Origin: an uncultured Mycobacterium sp.
GTDB lineage: Bacteria; Actinomycetota; Actinomycetes; Mycobacteriales; Mycobacteriaceae
Reading direction: 5' to 3'
NCBI GenBank assembly: GCA_964413455.1
Contig: CAYPTG010000001.1
Location: 7,246 to 71,245 of the forward strand
DNA length: 64,000 nucleotides
A program made the translations under genes and the position numbers. The notes under the pieces were generated by a model that ran no database searches, was not told where the DNA came from, and saw only the letters and a list, made by a program, of their open reading frames with translations. Shown in pieces: positions 38,362 through 48,888 of this stretch; position 1 is the first letter of the stretch; the number at the start of each line of letters is the position of its first letter.

Positions 38362-39873
38362 ATGGCACGCAATCTGACCACCAAAGTCCAACTGTCCGGT
38401 TACCGGTTGGGGGTGCGCCGGGTCGAACAGGCGATGACCCGCCGCGATGTCACCATGCACACCACCCCGTTTTCAATCCAGACCGTCGCGTTCGCGGTCG
38501 GGATCTTCCTGGCGCTGGCGATCCCGTTGGCCGGCTTCGTGTTCGGGTTTTTCTCCAACCGCGGCGCCGACCAGGGAAACGCCCAGGCCATCATCACCAA
38601 GTCCGGTGGACGCTACGTCATGTATGAGGGCGTTTTGCACCCGGTGACGAACCTGGCCTCGGCCCGCTTGATTGTCAACAAGCCTGAGGTGCCACGCGTC
38701 GTTAAGGATGCCACGCTGTTCAACCAGCCCCGGGGCCTACTGATGGGTATTCCGTCGGCGCCAGACAATCTGACCCAGCGCACCGACAGCACCGCCCAGT
38801 GGACGGTCTGCGACCGGCACACCGACGTCGGCGAATTGTCGTTGACCAAGACCGACGCCCTGTCCACCACGCTGATCGCCGGGACGGATACCCTCACCTC
38901 GGCGGCGAACCCGTTGAGCCCCAGCGACGCGGTCCTAGTCCGGCTCGCCGCCGCTCCCGACCAGCTCTGGATGGTCTACAAGGGCCAGCGCACCCTCATC
39001 GGCCCCGGAGATCTGGCCGCCCGCGCCGCGTTGAACCTGAGCCCGGCATCCGCCTCTGAAGCCATCCCGATCAGCCAGGGCCTGTTCAATGCGATCCCGG
39101 CCGCCCCGGCGCTGACCGCCCCCTACATCCCCGGCCGCGGCGAGGTCAACCGGCTACTTCCGCGGGCACGCACGGGCGACGTCATCATCACCGCCGCCGC
39201 CGACGGCACCCGCCAATATCAGGTCGCCCTGCCCGGCGGGGTGCAGCACATCACCGAATTGATCGCCCAACTGCTGATCAACACCGGCGGAAAGGAAATC
39301 ACCACCGTGGACCGCGACGACTTGGCCGCCGTCCCGCTGGTCAGCGACATCAACACCGAGAACTATCCCGACCGGGCACCCACCTTCCGTAAGCCGCACA
39401 TCCTGTGCTGGACGTGGCAGAAAGGGGCCGAAGACCTGCGGTCGACCTCGACGGTCCTGACCGGCGAATCACTGCCGATCAGCGACCAGGATATGAGGAA
39501 GGTCGTCATGCTCACTCCCTCTGCCGACAAGAGCCAGACCACCGCGTCGGCGTCGTTGACGCGCCCCGGCGCCGGATGGCTAGTTCAGGTCACCGGAGTA
39601 ACCCCCGAATCCCACGCCCAAGAGCAATTGATGTACATCGATGACACCGGCGTGCGCTACTTCATCGGCCCTGACGGCGACAACCGCGACGCGCGAGCAG
39701 GCATGGCGAAAACCGCTGAAATACTGGGACTTTCAGCCCGACCGCCCCTTTCGATTCCCTGGGCTATCGCCAAACTGTACGCACCCGGATCCTCACTTTC
39801 CCGTTCTGATGCGTTGACCACCCACGTCCAGCTGCCCGCCGACGTCAACCAGAGCGCCACTGCCCCCGGATAG
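38362..39873 (+). CDS. eccB: type VII secretion protein EccB
   Basis: TTKVQLSGY, LHPVTNLASARLI, GIPSAP, WTVCD. Confidence 0.95.
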   Translation: MARNLTTKVQLSGYRLGVRRVEQAMTRRDVTMHTTPFSIQTVAFAVGIFLALAIPLAGFVFGFFSNRGADQGNAQAIITKSGGRYVMYEGVLHPVTNLASARLIVNKPEVPRVVKDATLFNQPRGLLMGIPSAPDNLTQRTDSTAQWTVCDRHTDVGELSLTKTDALSTTLIAGTDTLTSAANPLSPSDAVLVRLAAAPDQLWMVYKGQRTLIGPGDLAARAALNLSPASASEAIPISQGLFNAIPAAPALTAPYIPGRGEVNRLLPRARTGDVIITAAADGTRQYQVALPGGVQHITELIAQLLINTGGKEITTVDRDDLAAVPLVSDINTENYPDRAPTFRKPHILCWTWQKGAEDLRSTSTVLTGESLPISDQDMRKVVMLTPSADKSQTTASASLTRPGAGWLVQVTGVTPESHAQEQLMYIDDTGVRYFIGPDGDNRDARAGMAKTAEILGLSARPPLSIPWAIAKLYAPGSSLSRSDALTTHVQLPADVNQSATAPG

Positions 39874-40008
39874 AGGTACCCGAAGCGGAAGTGGGCTGAA
39901 AAACCCCGGCTAGCAACAACAACGCCAACCGGACCGCCTAAAACCCCGCCACCACAACACAATCCACCCGCCAACCTGAACAACCCGACACGGGGGAGGA
40001 CAACACAA

Positions 40009-43000
40009 ATGGCAACCCGATCCTTCGCGATGCGGCCATCATCGCAACCCGACATGGACAGTCAGCCGGTCGTCGTACCGGAACCAGAAACCCTCGACGA
40101 CCCCAGTCCCAGCATCCAATGGCAGCGACTGGCCCCGATCTTCATGATCGTCATCATGGTGGCGTTCTTCGCGCTGATGATCAGCTCCGGCGCCCGCAAC
40201 ATCGCCTCATCCCCGTACATGCTCATGCCGTTCATGGGCATGGCCATGATGGCCTTCGCCTACCTGGGAGTGGGCGGCCAAGGCGGCGGCGCCCTGGGCG
40301 ACCTGGCCAAGAAACGCAAGAACTACTGGCTGCAACTCCGGGAGCGCCGCAAGATTGCCCACCACCACGGCCGCCAGCTCCACGACCTACAAGCAACGCT
40401 CTACCCCAATCCCGCCAGCCTGCTATCCAAGATCGACACCGCCGAAATGTGGACGGTGCGACCCAACAGCGGCGCCCCCACCGCCGGAGCCGCCGCCGAC
40501 GAAATCCCCGAATCCCTCCAGCCCTGGCTCACCGCCCGCCTCGGCGTCGGTGTAGCCCGGCTAGTCCCCGGCCTGAAATACAAAGACGAACTCGCCGTCG
40601 ACGAACAACGCGAACCGGTCACCTTCGCCGCCTACCGCCGCTTCCTGCGTACACAGAGCTTCGTCACAAACTGCCCCAAAGGCATCAGCTTCGCCGAACA
40701 CCCCGCCTACAGCTTCCGCGGCGACCCCGACGCCGTCCTCGCCGCCGCCCGAGCGATGGCCGTCTCCTTGGCGTTCAACCACGGCCCCACCCACCTGGCC
40801 ATCGGGCTGATCACCGACACCGCCGGCCAGGACAGCTGGGACTGGCTCAAGTGGCTTCCCCACACCCAGAACCGGTTCCGCACCGACCGCGGCGGCACCG
40901 CCAGACTGGTGTGGCGGTCTCTGTCTGATTTCGCCGCCGACCCGATCGTCGGCAACCCCGACAACAAAGCCCACCTCATCGTCTTCATTGACACCCCCGA
41001 CGCCGACGCCGCCCTGCCGCCAGACCTGGAAGCCCCCAACACCACCTTCATCGTCCTGCGCGCCCTCAGCGAGACCCTCTCTACCGTGGCCAGCCGATTC
41101 CACATCTCCGCCGATCACTGGTTCTCAACCCCAACCCAAGAACGCCACGTCCGCTCCGACGCCCTGACCCCCCTCCAAGCCCGCCTGATCGCCCAGAAGA
41201 TGAGCGACCTGCGGCCCGGGGACTGGGAACTGGGCACCACCGCCCCCACCGACGTCGACGCCGAACGCAAGTCTTTTTTCGACGCCCTCAACATCACCGA
41301 CCTCGAGACGTGGGATCCCCGGCCCGGCTGGGACAAACACGAGTGGGACTCCCATTTCTACTTCCCCCTGGGCTTCCAGGGCACCCCCGATGAGCCCACC
41401 AACACTGTGGTCCACCTCGACCTCGGTGAATCCTCGGTCGGCGGCGCCGGCCCGCACGGCGTCAGTCAGGGCATGACCGGATCGGGCAAGTCCTTCATGC
41501 TGCGCGCCATGGTGTTGGCGGCCTGCGCGAAATACAGCCCGTCCAAGCTGAAGCTGGCCCTCCTCGACTTCAAGGGCGGAACCACTTTCCAGGGTTTCGA
41601 CGCTCTGCCGCATGTGATCGCCAACATCTCCAACCTCACCGACCAAGCCGAAACCGTCGACCGCATGGTGGAAATCCTCGAAGGGGAGATTGAACGCCGC
41701 GAAACACTGATCAACGAATTCAAAGTGGACGGCATCGTCGAGTACCGGCAGAAACGCGCCGCGGACCCCGACAAATATCCGCCGCTGCCCGAACTGGTCA
41801 TCCTCATCGACGAGTTCCGTGAATACATGGATCAACACAAGGATCAGGGTCACCTCAAACTGCTGACCCGCACCGGCACCGTCGGCCGCGCCCTGGGCAT
41901 GCACGTCTGGGCGTGCTCGCAGTTCATCGACGCCACCCAGATCCAAGAACTGTCCGAACACATCAGCTTCGGGATCTCGCTACGCACCCGCGACGGTGCC
42001 CGCTCCCGCACGGTGCTCAAAGTCACCGACGCGGCTAAAGATCTACCGCCCGGGAAGGGCGCCGCACTGCTGCACACCGACATCGACGACGCCCTGACCC
42101 CATTCGTGGGCTTCAACTCCAAAGAGCTCTATGTGCCGCCCCGGCTGCGCACCCAGCTAGCTGGCGGCCCCGCGGGCACCGCCGCAGGCCTGGGCCGGCT
42201 GCACAGCTTCACGTTGGCCAACGGGGCAGCTGACCCTTCGGGGCCGGCGGCCGACGACCCATCCACCGCCGAAACACCCCAAGCGCCTATCCCGGGCCTG
42301 CCGAGCATGGCCGATGCTCTCATCGAGCGGCTGTCGACCTTCGACGCCGACCGGGATCTGCTGGACCTGTGGAAGCCGTCACTGAGGGCCCCGATCAGCT
42401 ACCACGAAATCGACATCGCACCCGCCGCCACAGCTCGGCTGGAGATCCGCATCGGCGATCTGGACGCCCCGCGCCTAAGCCGCCGGCTGCCCTACGTGCT
42501 GCACCCCGAAGGCGGCAAAGCCCACATCCGGATCATCGGGAAGGGCGGCTCGGGCCGCACGACCGCAGTCGAGGCCATTGTCGCCGGGGCGGCCCGCGCC
42601 TACTCGCCGGCGTTCGCGTCCTTCTACCTCGTCGACTACGCCGGCGCCAAACTGTCGGAGATCAAAGACCTGCCCAACGTCGGCGGCTACGCCTCCAAGA
42701 CCGACGCCGACCGGGTGGCCCGCCTGGTGGGGGAGACCTTCCGCCTCCTTGACGTCCGGGAACGCGAGTTCGCCGCGCGGGGGGTGGCAACCCTGGACCA
42801 ATACTTCGCTTCCCGGCTCAACACCCCTCTCGAGGACGACCCGTACGGCCACTTCTTCCTCGTGATCGACGGATTCCCCAGCTACACCGAGGACTTTCCG
42901 GAAGCCAAGGAAACCTTCCTGCGCCTGGCCACCGACGCCGGACGCTACGGCATCCACCTCGTCGTCACCGCCGACTCGGTCAACCGGTTGCCGATGAAGA

Positions 43001-44196
43001 TGATCGACTACTTCGCCACCGTCATCCAGTTGCCGATCGAAGACCCCGCCACAGCGATGGGCCTGAACGCGACGACCCGGCCCCTGGTCAAGGCGATCCC
43101 TGCCGATCAACCCGGCCGCTGCGTGGACCTACAGACCGGCCTGTCCGCCCGCATCGTGGTGCCCCAATACGGCAAGATCGAACCCATCGACTACCGAAAA
43201 GGGATGCCCATCTACGCCGCCGCCGACTACTCGGCGGGCATCGCCGCCTTCGTGGCCTCCATGCAACAGATGTACCGCACCCCGGACGGAGAACCGATCA
43301 CCGCCCCGGCGGTGGACCCGGCCCCGCCGGTGATCGACTACTCGGTGGTGTGGGAAGTCGCCAACCGTGGCCGGGTACTGCGGGCCGCCCACAGCCTGGG
43401 CCACCAGCCCACCGCCGAAGAATTCACACAGTGGTGGGCCACCCGCCCCGCCCAAGAGAAACGACTCCCGATCGGAGTCAGCGCCGAAGATCTACGGATC
43501 GTGGAACTCCCCGAAGACCCCTGCCCGCACCTGCTGGCGCTGGGGTCACCACGCAGCGGCCGCACTTCGCTTCTGCGCGGCGCGATCAACTCTGTGGTCA
43601 ACCAGTACAGCCCGGATCAGGCCCAACTCGTCATCATCGAGAGCAAGTACGAGCTGCTCACAGAGCAGGAAGAGTTGGCAAAACGCGGTTACCTGATGGC
43701 CTACTCCGGGGACCGCACCACCCTGGCCGAAGCGATCGAGAAGGTCGCAGCGACGATCAACCCGCGCGCCCCGCGGATGGATCAGCAATTGACCGCCGAG
43801 ACGATCCGCAACCGTTCCTGGTGGAGCGGCCCGGAAGTCTTCGTGATCATCGACGACATCCAGATGGTGGCCGGCAGCGGCTTCCAGATGAACAATCCCC
43901 TCGACCCGCTCTACGGGCTTTTGGAGGGCCGAACCGATCTGGGCCTGCACGTGTTGGTCACCGGCCCGGCGCAGGGCTTCGGTTCGACGCGCATGTCCAA
44001 CCGAGGATTCAAGGCGCTCGAGGCCGCCCAGGCGACGGTGCTGCTGTTCAGCGGCCCGGTTGCCGAGGGAGTGTTGTGGCCCGGGTCGGGCATCAAGTTC
44101 GCCTCACGTCGCCCCGGTCAGGCGCACATGATCACGCTGACCACGATGGCTGCCGAAGTCATTCAGACTGCCCACGCGCGGCCCTGGGATCAGTGA
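40009..44196 (+). CDS. eccC: type VII secretion FtsK/SpoIIIE ATPase EccC (unsplit)
   Basis: Two TMs, WDWLKWLPH, GMTGSGKS/DFKGG/IDEF, GKGGSGRT, GSPRSGRT. Confidence 0.96.
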   Translation: MATRSFAMRPSSQPDMDSQPVVVPEPETLDDPSPSIQWQRLAPIFMIVIMVAFFALMISSGARNIASSPYMLMPFMGMAMMAFAYLGVGGQGGGALGDLAKKRKNYWLQLRERRKIAHHHGRQLHDLQATLYPNPASLLSKIDTAEMWTVRPNSGAPTAGAAADEIPESLQPWLTARLGVGVARLVPGLKYKDELAVDEQREPVTFAAYRRFLRTQSFVTNCPKGISFAEHPAYSFRGDPDAVLAAARAMAVSLAFNHGPTHLAIGLITDTAGQDSWDWLKWLPHTQNRFRTDRGGTARLVWRSLSDFAADPIVGNPDNKAHLIVFIDTPDADAALPPDLEAPNTTFIVLRALSETLSTVASRFHISADHWFSTPTQERHVRSDALTPLQARLIAQKMSDLRPGDWELGTTAPTDVDAERKSFFDALNITDLETWDPRPGWDKHEWDSHFYFPLGFQGTPDEPTNTVVHLDLGESSVGGAGPHGVSQGMTGSGKSFMLRAMVLAACAKYSPSKLKLALLDFKGGTTFQGFDALPHVIANISNLTDQAETVDRMVEILEGEIERRETLINEFKVDGIVEYRQKRAADPDKYPPLPELVILIDEFREYMDQHKDQGHLKLLTRTGTVGRALGMHVWACSQFIDATQIQELSEHISFGISLRTRDGARSRTVLKVTDAAKDLPPGKGAALLHTDIDDALTPFVGFNSKELYVPPRLRTQLAGGPAGTAAGLGRLHSFTLANGAADPSGPAADDPSTAETPQAPIPGLPSMADALIERLSTFDADRDLLDLWKPSLRAPISYHEIDIAPAATARLEIRIGDLDAPRLSRRLPYVLHPEGGKAHIRIIGKGGSGRTTAVEAIVAGAARAYSPAFASFYLVDYAGAKLSEIKDLPNVGGYASKTDADRVARLVGETFRLLDVREREFAARGVATLDQYFASRLNTPLEDDPYGHFFLVIDGFPSYTEDFPEAKETFLRLATDAGRYGIHLVVTADSVNRLPMKMIDYFATVIQLPIEDPATAMGLNATTRPLVKAIPADQPGRCVDLQTGLSARIVVPQYGKIEPIDYRKGMPIYAAADYSAGIAAFVASMQQMYRTPDGEPITAPAVDPAPPVIDYSVVWEVANRGRVLRAAHSLGHQPTAEEFTQWWATRPAQEKRLPIGVSAEDLRIVELPEDPCPHLLALGSPRSGRTSLLRGAINSVVNQYSPDQAQLVIIESKYELLTEQEELAKRGYLMAYSGDRTTLAEAIEKVAATINPRAPRMDQQLTAETIRNRSWWSGPEVFVIIDDIQMVAGSGFQMNNPLDPLYGLLEGRTDLGLHVLVTGPAQGFGSTRMSNRGFKALEAAQATVLLFSGPVAEGVLWPGSGIKFASRRPGQAHMITLTTMAAEVIQTAHARPWDQ

Positions 44197-44209
44197 GGCC
44201 CGGAGGGGT

Positions 44210-44917
44210 TCAGGAACCGCCGGCAGCGCCTGTGAGCCTCGTGTAGAGCACGTCGGCGAACCCGTCTGCGAACTGTTCGACGATGTCCAGATGTGAGTTG
44301 ATCGACTGCAATTGTTCGTCGGTGATGTCGAACGCGAACAGCTCCAAGTGGTGTCGAACGAGGTCGGCGTTGTCGTTGTTCAGGCTTGCCATCAGGTGGT
44401 TGACGCCGTGGTATCGAGCGTGGTTCACCTCGAACTCGGTAGCCACCGCGGCCGGATCCGGCGGGCGGTAGGAGGCCAGATCGACCACGCTGAGGTGGCC
44501 GCGCGTGTAGGTTCCGTCCACCAATTCCGCCAGGCTTGAGCGGTCGATCACCTTCACGGTGCGGCCGGGAACACGGTGCTTGATCACCAGTGTGATGTTC
44601 TTGTCGGGTCCACCTGGGATGCGTCGAGTGTCCAAATCGACATCGAATTTTTTCAGGGTTTCGTCGTAGCTGCGCGCCCATCGCAGCCGCCCCGAGGTTA
44701 GCCGCACATAGCCAGGTTCGGGGCTGCGCCGCAAGTACATGTATTGGCTGCGGTCAGTCAATGCCCAGAAACTGGAGTCGGGCGCTTCGGCGTTCGCCCA
44801 TACCGTCGAGGAGCTGTTGAGTAAGCCGCAGCGCCAGAGTTCAGCGAAGTCAGCGAAGCATTGACCCAGGACGCGTGCCTCCGCCCCGGCCGGGCTGGCA
44901 TAGATGTAGGCCTTCAT
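44210..44917 (-). CDS. hypothetical protein
   Basis: 235-aa globular ORF; TACCGT-N7-ATG start. Confidence 0.75.
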   Translation of the reverse strand: MKAYIYASPAGAEARVLGQCFADFAELWRCGLLNSSSTVWANAEAPDSSFWALTDRSQYMYLRRSPEPGYVRLTSGRLRWARSYDETLKKFDVDLDTRRIPGGPDKNITLVIKHRVPGRTVKVIDRSSLAELVDGTYTRGHLSVVDLASYRPPDPAAVATEFEVNHARYHGVNHLMASLNNDNADLVRHHLELFAFDITDEQLQSINSHLDIVEQFADGFADVLYTRLTGAAGGS

Positions 44918-45060
44918 AGGAGAGACGGTAGACCCAGAACGACGATATAGGGCCATAGGCGGGACATGTTGGGGCAAGAAAATGGGGCGTCTGTGGCATA
45001 TACGGGGAATTGATGCAGAACGTGTCATTCGAAAATGTGGGCGATACATGGCGCTGCACC

Positions 45061-45232
45061 GCACCGCTAGCACTGCTATATACGGGAGCTGCGCCCCACA
45101 AGATAGCGGCGAATAACACACACGATCAGAAACGGCACCTGGGAAAACGTGTGTGTTTCCGCTAAGACCTAGCACCGCTACCACTGCTAGCTGCTCCATC
45201 AGCCTGTGGCATAGCGCAGCACTGCTAGCACC
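45061..45232. repeat. GCAC(C/T)GCTA 9-bp repeats, same unit as upstream of parA
   Basis: GCACCGCTAGCACTGCTA at 45061; GCACCGCTACCACTGCTA at 45172; GCACTGCTAGCAC at 45219. Confidence 0.65.
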
Positions 45233-45696
45233 TCACTGGTGGGGGGCACTGCAAAAGATGGGGGAATCCAGGGGAGGCGTGTGTGGGAGCTCCCCGGGGC
45301 TCCCATGGCCCACGAATTCCCGCCAGAACCGCCCGCAACCCCAGCCACACCCGGTCGAAAGACCAAAAAGCCTCACCCGCCCGCACGACGCCCCACACCT
45401 CGGCCACACCCGACCGCTCCGCGACCAGGCAAACCCCCGCGGACTGGTTTGCCGAATCACGCCGGCCCACCCGCCCAGACAATATTTGCTGGAGCCCGGC
45501 CACCCTCGGCCCGCCCACCCGGTGTCGCCGGGCCGCACGCCCACCGCCGGAGAAAGTTCCCGCCCGCGAAAATGTGTCGCCCTTCGCCCCCCGCCACCGC
45601 CGGCGTTACGGTCCCCGCGAGGACCACCACAGAACCAGAGCCTCCGCCCGCCACCACGGGCCGCCGCGCTCAACCCAAGAAGGGAGCAACGAGGCA

Positions 45697-46050
45697 GTGC
45701 GTGCATTCCGCGTCTTCAACGGCTTGGCCCGATCCGTCGACATCGAGTGGACGGTGTTGGGTCAGCGATACCGGTTCTGGTCCATGACAGCGGTGGTCGC
45801 CGTTCTTGCCGGCAGCGCCCTGCTCATTCTGACGATCTCTCTTCCCGTCGCACTTCTGGCCGGGGCGCTCGGTCTGCTCACCGTTCTGATCGTCACCGCG
45901 CGACTCAACGCGATGGACCCAGCCGGACGTATCCGTGAACTGACCCAACTCAAACTCATCTACACCGCCGCCACCGGGCCAGTGGTCTCCAATCTGCGCC
46001 ACCGCCCGACGGCCACGGCATCGACGATCACCAACACAGGAAGGCGCTGA
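45697..46050 (+). CDS. TcpE/VirB3-like two-TM conjugation protein
   Basis: Two TMs, immediately upstream of virB4; AAGGGAG RBS. Confidence 0.65.
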   Translation: MRAFRVFNGLARSVDIEWTVLGQRYRFWSMTAVVAVLAGSALLILTISLPVALLAGALGLLTVLIVTARLNAMDPAGRIRELTQLKLIYTAATGPVVSNLRHRPTATASTITNTGRR

Positions 46051-46056
46051 CAACCG

Positions 46057-48888
46057 ATGGGCGACTACTTCCCGCCACTGACCGCCACCCCCGCCGGCGT
46101 CAAAGACCCCGGCAACCTGACCTTCACCGCCGACGGCACCGTGTGGGCCACCTATCTCCTGCGCGGCATCAACACCGACCCCTACAACTTGTCGCGCATC
46201 GAGTCGGCGCAGATCGCCAACGAACGACTGTTCTCCGCGCTGTCGCGGCTACCGTTCGCCGACGGGCTGCTTCTGGGAATCAAAACCCAAACCCCGGCCG
46301 AGACGATCATCGCCCGCGCCAGCGCCGGCATCCCGGACTTGAGCCCGCAGAACTATCCCGAACTGCTAGCCCAATACAACGCCCTCTACAACCGAGTGCA
46401 ATCCGGCGAGAACGCCGAATACCAACGCATCTACGTCCTGTCGCTGGGCTTCCCCAGCCGCCGCTCCTGGCTGGAATCGATGCTGTCCAAAGTGGCGGTG
46501 GTCGACCCGCACCGTTCCACCGACCTACGCCACATCGAAGAACTCGAAGAGACCTACTTCCGCGGTCTGCCACGCGAATTCCACCCCGCCCGCATCCACC
46601 CCGGCCATCTGGACTGGGTGTTCGACCGGGCGCGCCAGCGCGGGATCACCGTGCCCAACTTCCCCGAAGCGACCAGTGCTCGCGCCGCCGCACCCAACCC
46701 GCACCGCTTCGCAGAAGTCATGATCAACAAGAACGCCGACACCGACGCGCTCTATGAACGGTTCGTCGCCGACGTCGCCGACGACAACCCCGCCATCATC
46801 GCCCGCGCGCGCCGCCGCCCACCGACCGCCGCGCTCATCGCCACGTTCCTGGCTGTGATCGCAACCGCCGCCGCCGGGGTGACCCTGACCGATCCGCGCC
46901 CGGCCATGGCCGCCGCCCTCGCCGCCTGCATCGGTGTGCTGGCCTCCGCCCGCGGCTTTGCCCGCTCGGCGGCGGCCGTCGACGCCCGCGCCGCGCTGCG
47001 CGCGAACTTTCGATCCACTCGCTGGTCGCGGGCGATCAGTGTGCACAACCTGTCCAGCCGCAGCGACGCCTTCCCTGACGGGTACACCAGCTACCAAACC
47101 CAGGTGGCCATCGCCGGCTATCCCACCGTCGACAGTTTCGAGATCAACACATTCACTTACCTGGTAGACCAGGAAATCGGCTTGGACGCCGACTTTGCGC
47201 TGCGCTTCGACTTCGACCAGGAAGTGATCAGCAAGCGCGGCATGCGCCGGTTCCGCAACGAACTGCTCGCCGAGGCCAACTCCAATATCCAAGACGAGCT
47301 CGACGCCGAGGATTACGCCGACATCGGTGACGAGTCCCGCCAACTGCGCCGCGCCGTCAAAGCCGCACCCGCCCCCCGGGGGATGCGAGTAGCCGCCATC
47401 TTCTCCTTCGCTCACCAGAACCGGCAGGTTCTCAACGAAGGCGTCGACGAGATCATGGAGCACTTTATCCAGCACGATTTCACCCCCATTCTTCCCGTCG
47501 GCGCACAATTCGACCTCTGGCAGGCGATGATGCCCGGCTCGCCGTGCCCGCCGGTGGTCGAAGACCTCAAAGCGGTCACCACCACCCGGCTGTTCGGTGC
47601 ATTCCTGCCGGTACGCCGCACCGTCCTGGGCGATCCGATCGGAGTGCCCGTGGCGGTCAACACCGAAAACGCGCTCGGCCAGATCGTGCACCTCGATGTC
47701 CTCAACGCCACCGACAAAGGCAACGCCTCAATGGCCTACTGCGCCTCATCTGGCGCGGGCAAGTCAGAGTTCATCAAGATGCTGGTCGGGTACATGCACG
47801 ACCTGCACCGCCCGACGCATCTGATCGATCAGGACCCCGACGGAGAGTACGAGGTGTTCGCCGAGGCGATCAGCCGCCCGCAGGTCGTCCACGTCGCCGA
47901 GCCGCACCTGTCCACCGGCGGCGGGGTGTCGCTGGACCCACTGAAGTGCTTCCCGCCGGCCGACGCGGCCCGCATCTTCCTGGATCTGTGGATGCCGCTG
48001 CTCGGCATCGACGTGCGCTCCGAAGAAGCCGCGCTGCTGGCCTCGCTTCTCGACCCCGAGTACCGCAAGACCTCCAGGGTGAATACCACTCGAGACCTGT
48101 TGCAGCAGCTGGAGTCCACACCCGGCGCGGCCGCGCGGTCGCTGATGTCGGGGTTCAGTTTCTGGTCCCGCCAGCCCTACACCCACGCCTTCATCGACCC
48201 GATCGTGGCCGGCCGGATTGTGGACTATCCCGCGTTCGACGCCACCAGCCAGCTGGTGGTGTTCCGCACCCACAAGTTGTCGGTGAACCGGGCGGGGGAG
48301 GACGCCAAGACCTCACAGCTGTTCGCGGCGATGGCCTACACGGCGATCGCCTACCTGACCGCCCAACGGTTCGCCGCAGTCCCCGGTGTATGCATGTTCG
48401 CCGCCGACGAACTGAAATTCCTCAAGGACTCCCCGGTGCTGGGCATCCTCGTCGAGCAACCCGACCGCCAGGCCCGCAAAGCCGGGAACTTCGTCGTCGT
48501 GGCCTCCCAGCTGGCCGCCGACTTCGACCAGCACACGGCCTTGATCCACCGCAGGGTCATCGGCCGGCAGGAAAAACGCGACAACGCCGCCGCCGCCGCG
48601 ATATGGGAAGACCTGCCACCGACTCAGGGGATGGTCAACCGCATCATGGAAGCCTCTCCACTGGACCCCGACACCCGCCAACCGCTGCCTCACCGGGCAG
48701 GGGAGGGCTGGTACAACGACGGTGTCGCCGTCGGCGAACTGCGCTGGCTGGGGCATCTGCTGCCGCAGCGCCGCCGCTTCAGTGACACCACGTCCTCACG
48801 CCGGATCCGCGCCGGCGACCTGCCCGCCCTGCGCGCCGCCGAACCCGCGCCAGCGGCCGAAGAAGGATCCCCGGCGGTGCACGCGTGA
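46057..48888 (+). CDS. virB4: VirB4-like conjugation ATPase (TcpF/ConE type)
   Basis: ASSGAGKS Walker A, IDQDPDGEY, SLDPL, FAADE, RQARKAG, ASQ. Confidence 0.9.
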   Translation: MGDYFPPLTATPAGVKDPGNLTFTADGTVWATYLLRGINTDPYNLSRIESAQIANERLFSALSRLPFADGLLLGIKTQTPAETIIARASAGIPDLSPQNYPELLAQYNALYNRVQSGENAEYQRIYVLSLGFPSRRSWLESMLSKVAVVDPHRSTDLRHIEELEETYFRGLPREFHPARIHPGHLDWVFDRARQRGITVPNFPEATSARAAAPNPHRFAEVMINKNADTDALYERFVADVADDNPAIIARARRRPPTAALIATFLAVIATAAAGVTLTDPRPAMAAALAACIGVLASARGFARSAAAVDARAALRANFRSTRWSRAISVHNLSSRSDAFPDGYTSYQTQVAIAGYPTVDSFEINTFTYLVDQEIGLDADFALRFDFDQEVISKRGMRRFRNELLAEANSNIQDELDAEDYADIGDESRQLRRAVKAAPAPRGMRVAAIFSFAHQNRQVLNEGVDEIMEHFIQHDFTPILPVGAQFDLWQAMMPGSPCPPVVEDLKAVTTTRLFGAFLPVRRTVLGDPIGVPVAVNTENALGQIVHLDVLNATDKGNASMAYCASSGAGKSEFIKMLVGYMHDLHRPTHLIDQDPDGEYEVFAEAISRPQVVHVAEPHLSTGGGVSLDPLKCFPPADAARIFLDLWMPLLGIDVRSEEAALLASLLDPEYRKTSRVNTTRDLLQQLESTPGAAARSLMSGFSFWSRQPYTHAFIDPIVAGRIVDYPAFDATSQLVVFRTHKLSVNRAGEDAKTSQLFAAMAYTAIAYLTAQRFAAVPGVCMFAADELKFLKDSPVLGILVEQPDRQARKAGNFVVVASQLAADFDQHTALIHRRVIGRQEKRDNAAAAAIWEDLPPTQGMVNRIMEASPLDPDTRQPLPHRAGEGWYNDGVAVGELRWLGHLLPQRRRFSDTTSSRRIRAGDLPALRAAEPAPAAEEGSPAVHA

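Noticed and set aside
42530-43570. K-to-R Walker A changes in EccC ATPase domains 2 and 3 as inactivation
   Set aside because: Degenerate second and third ATPase motifs are common in EccC proteins
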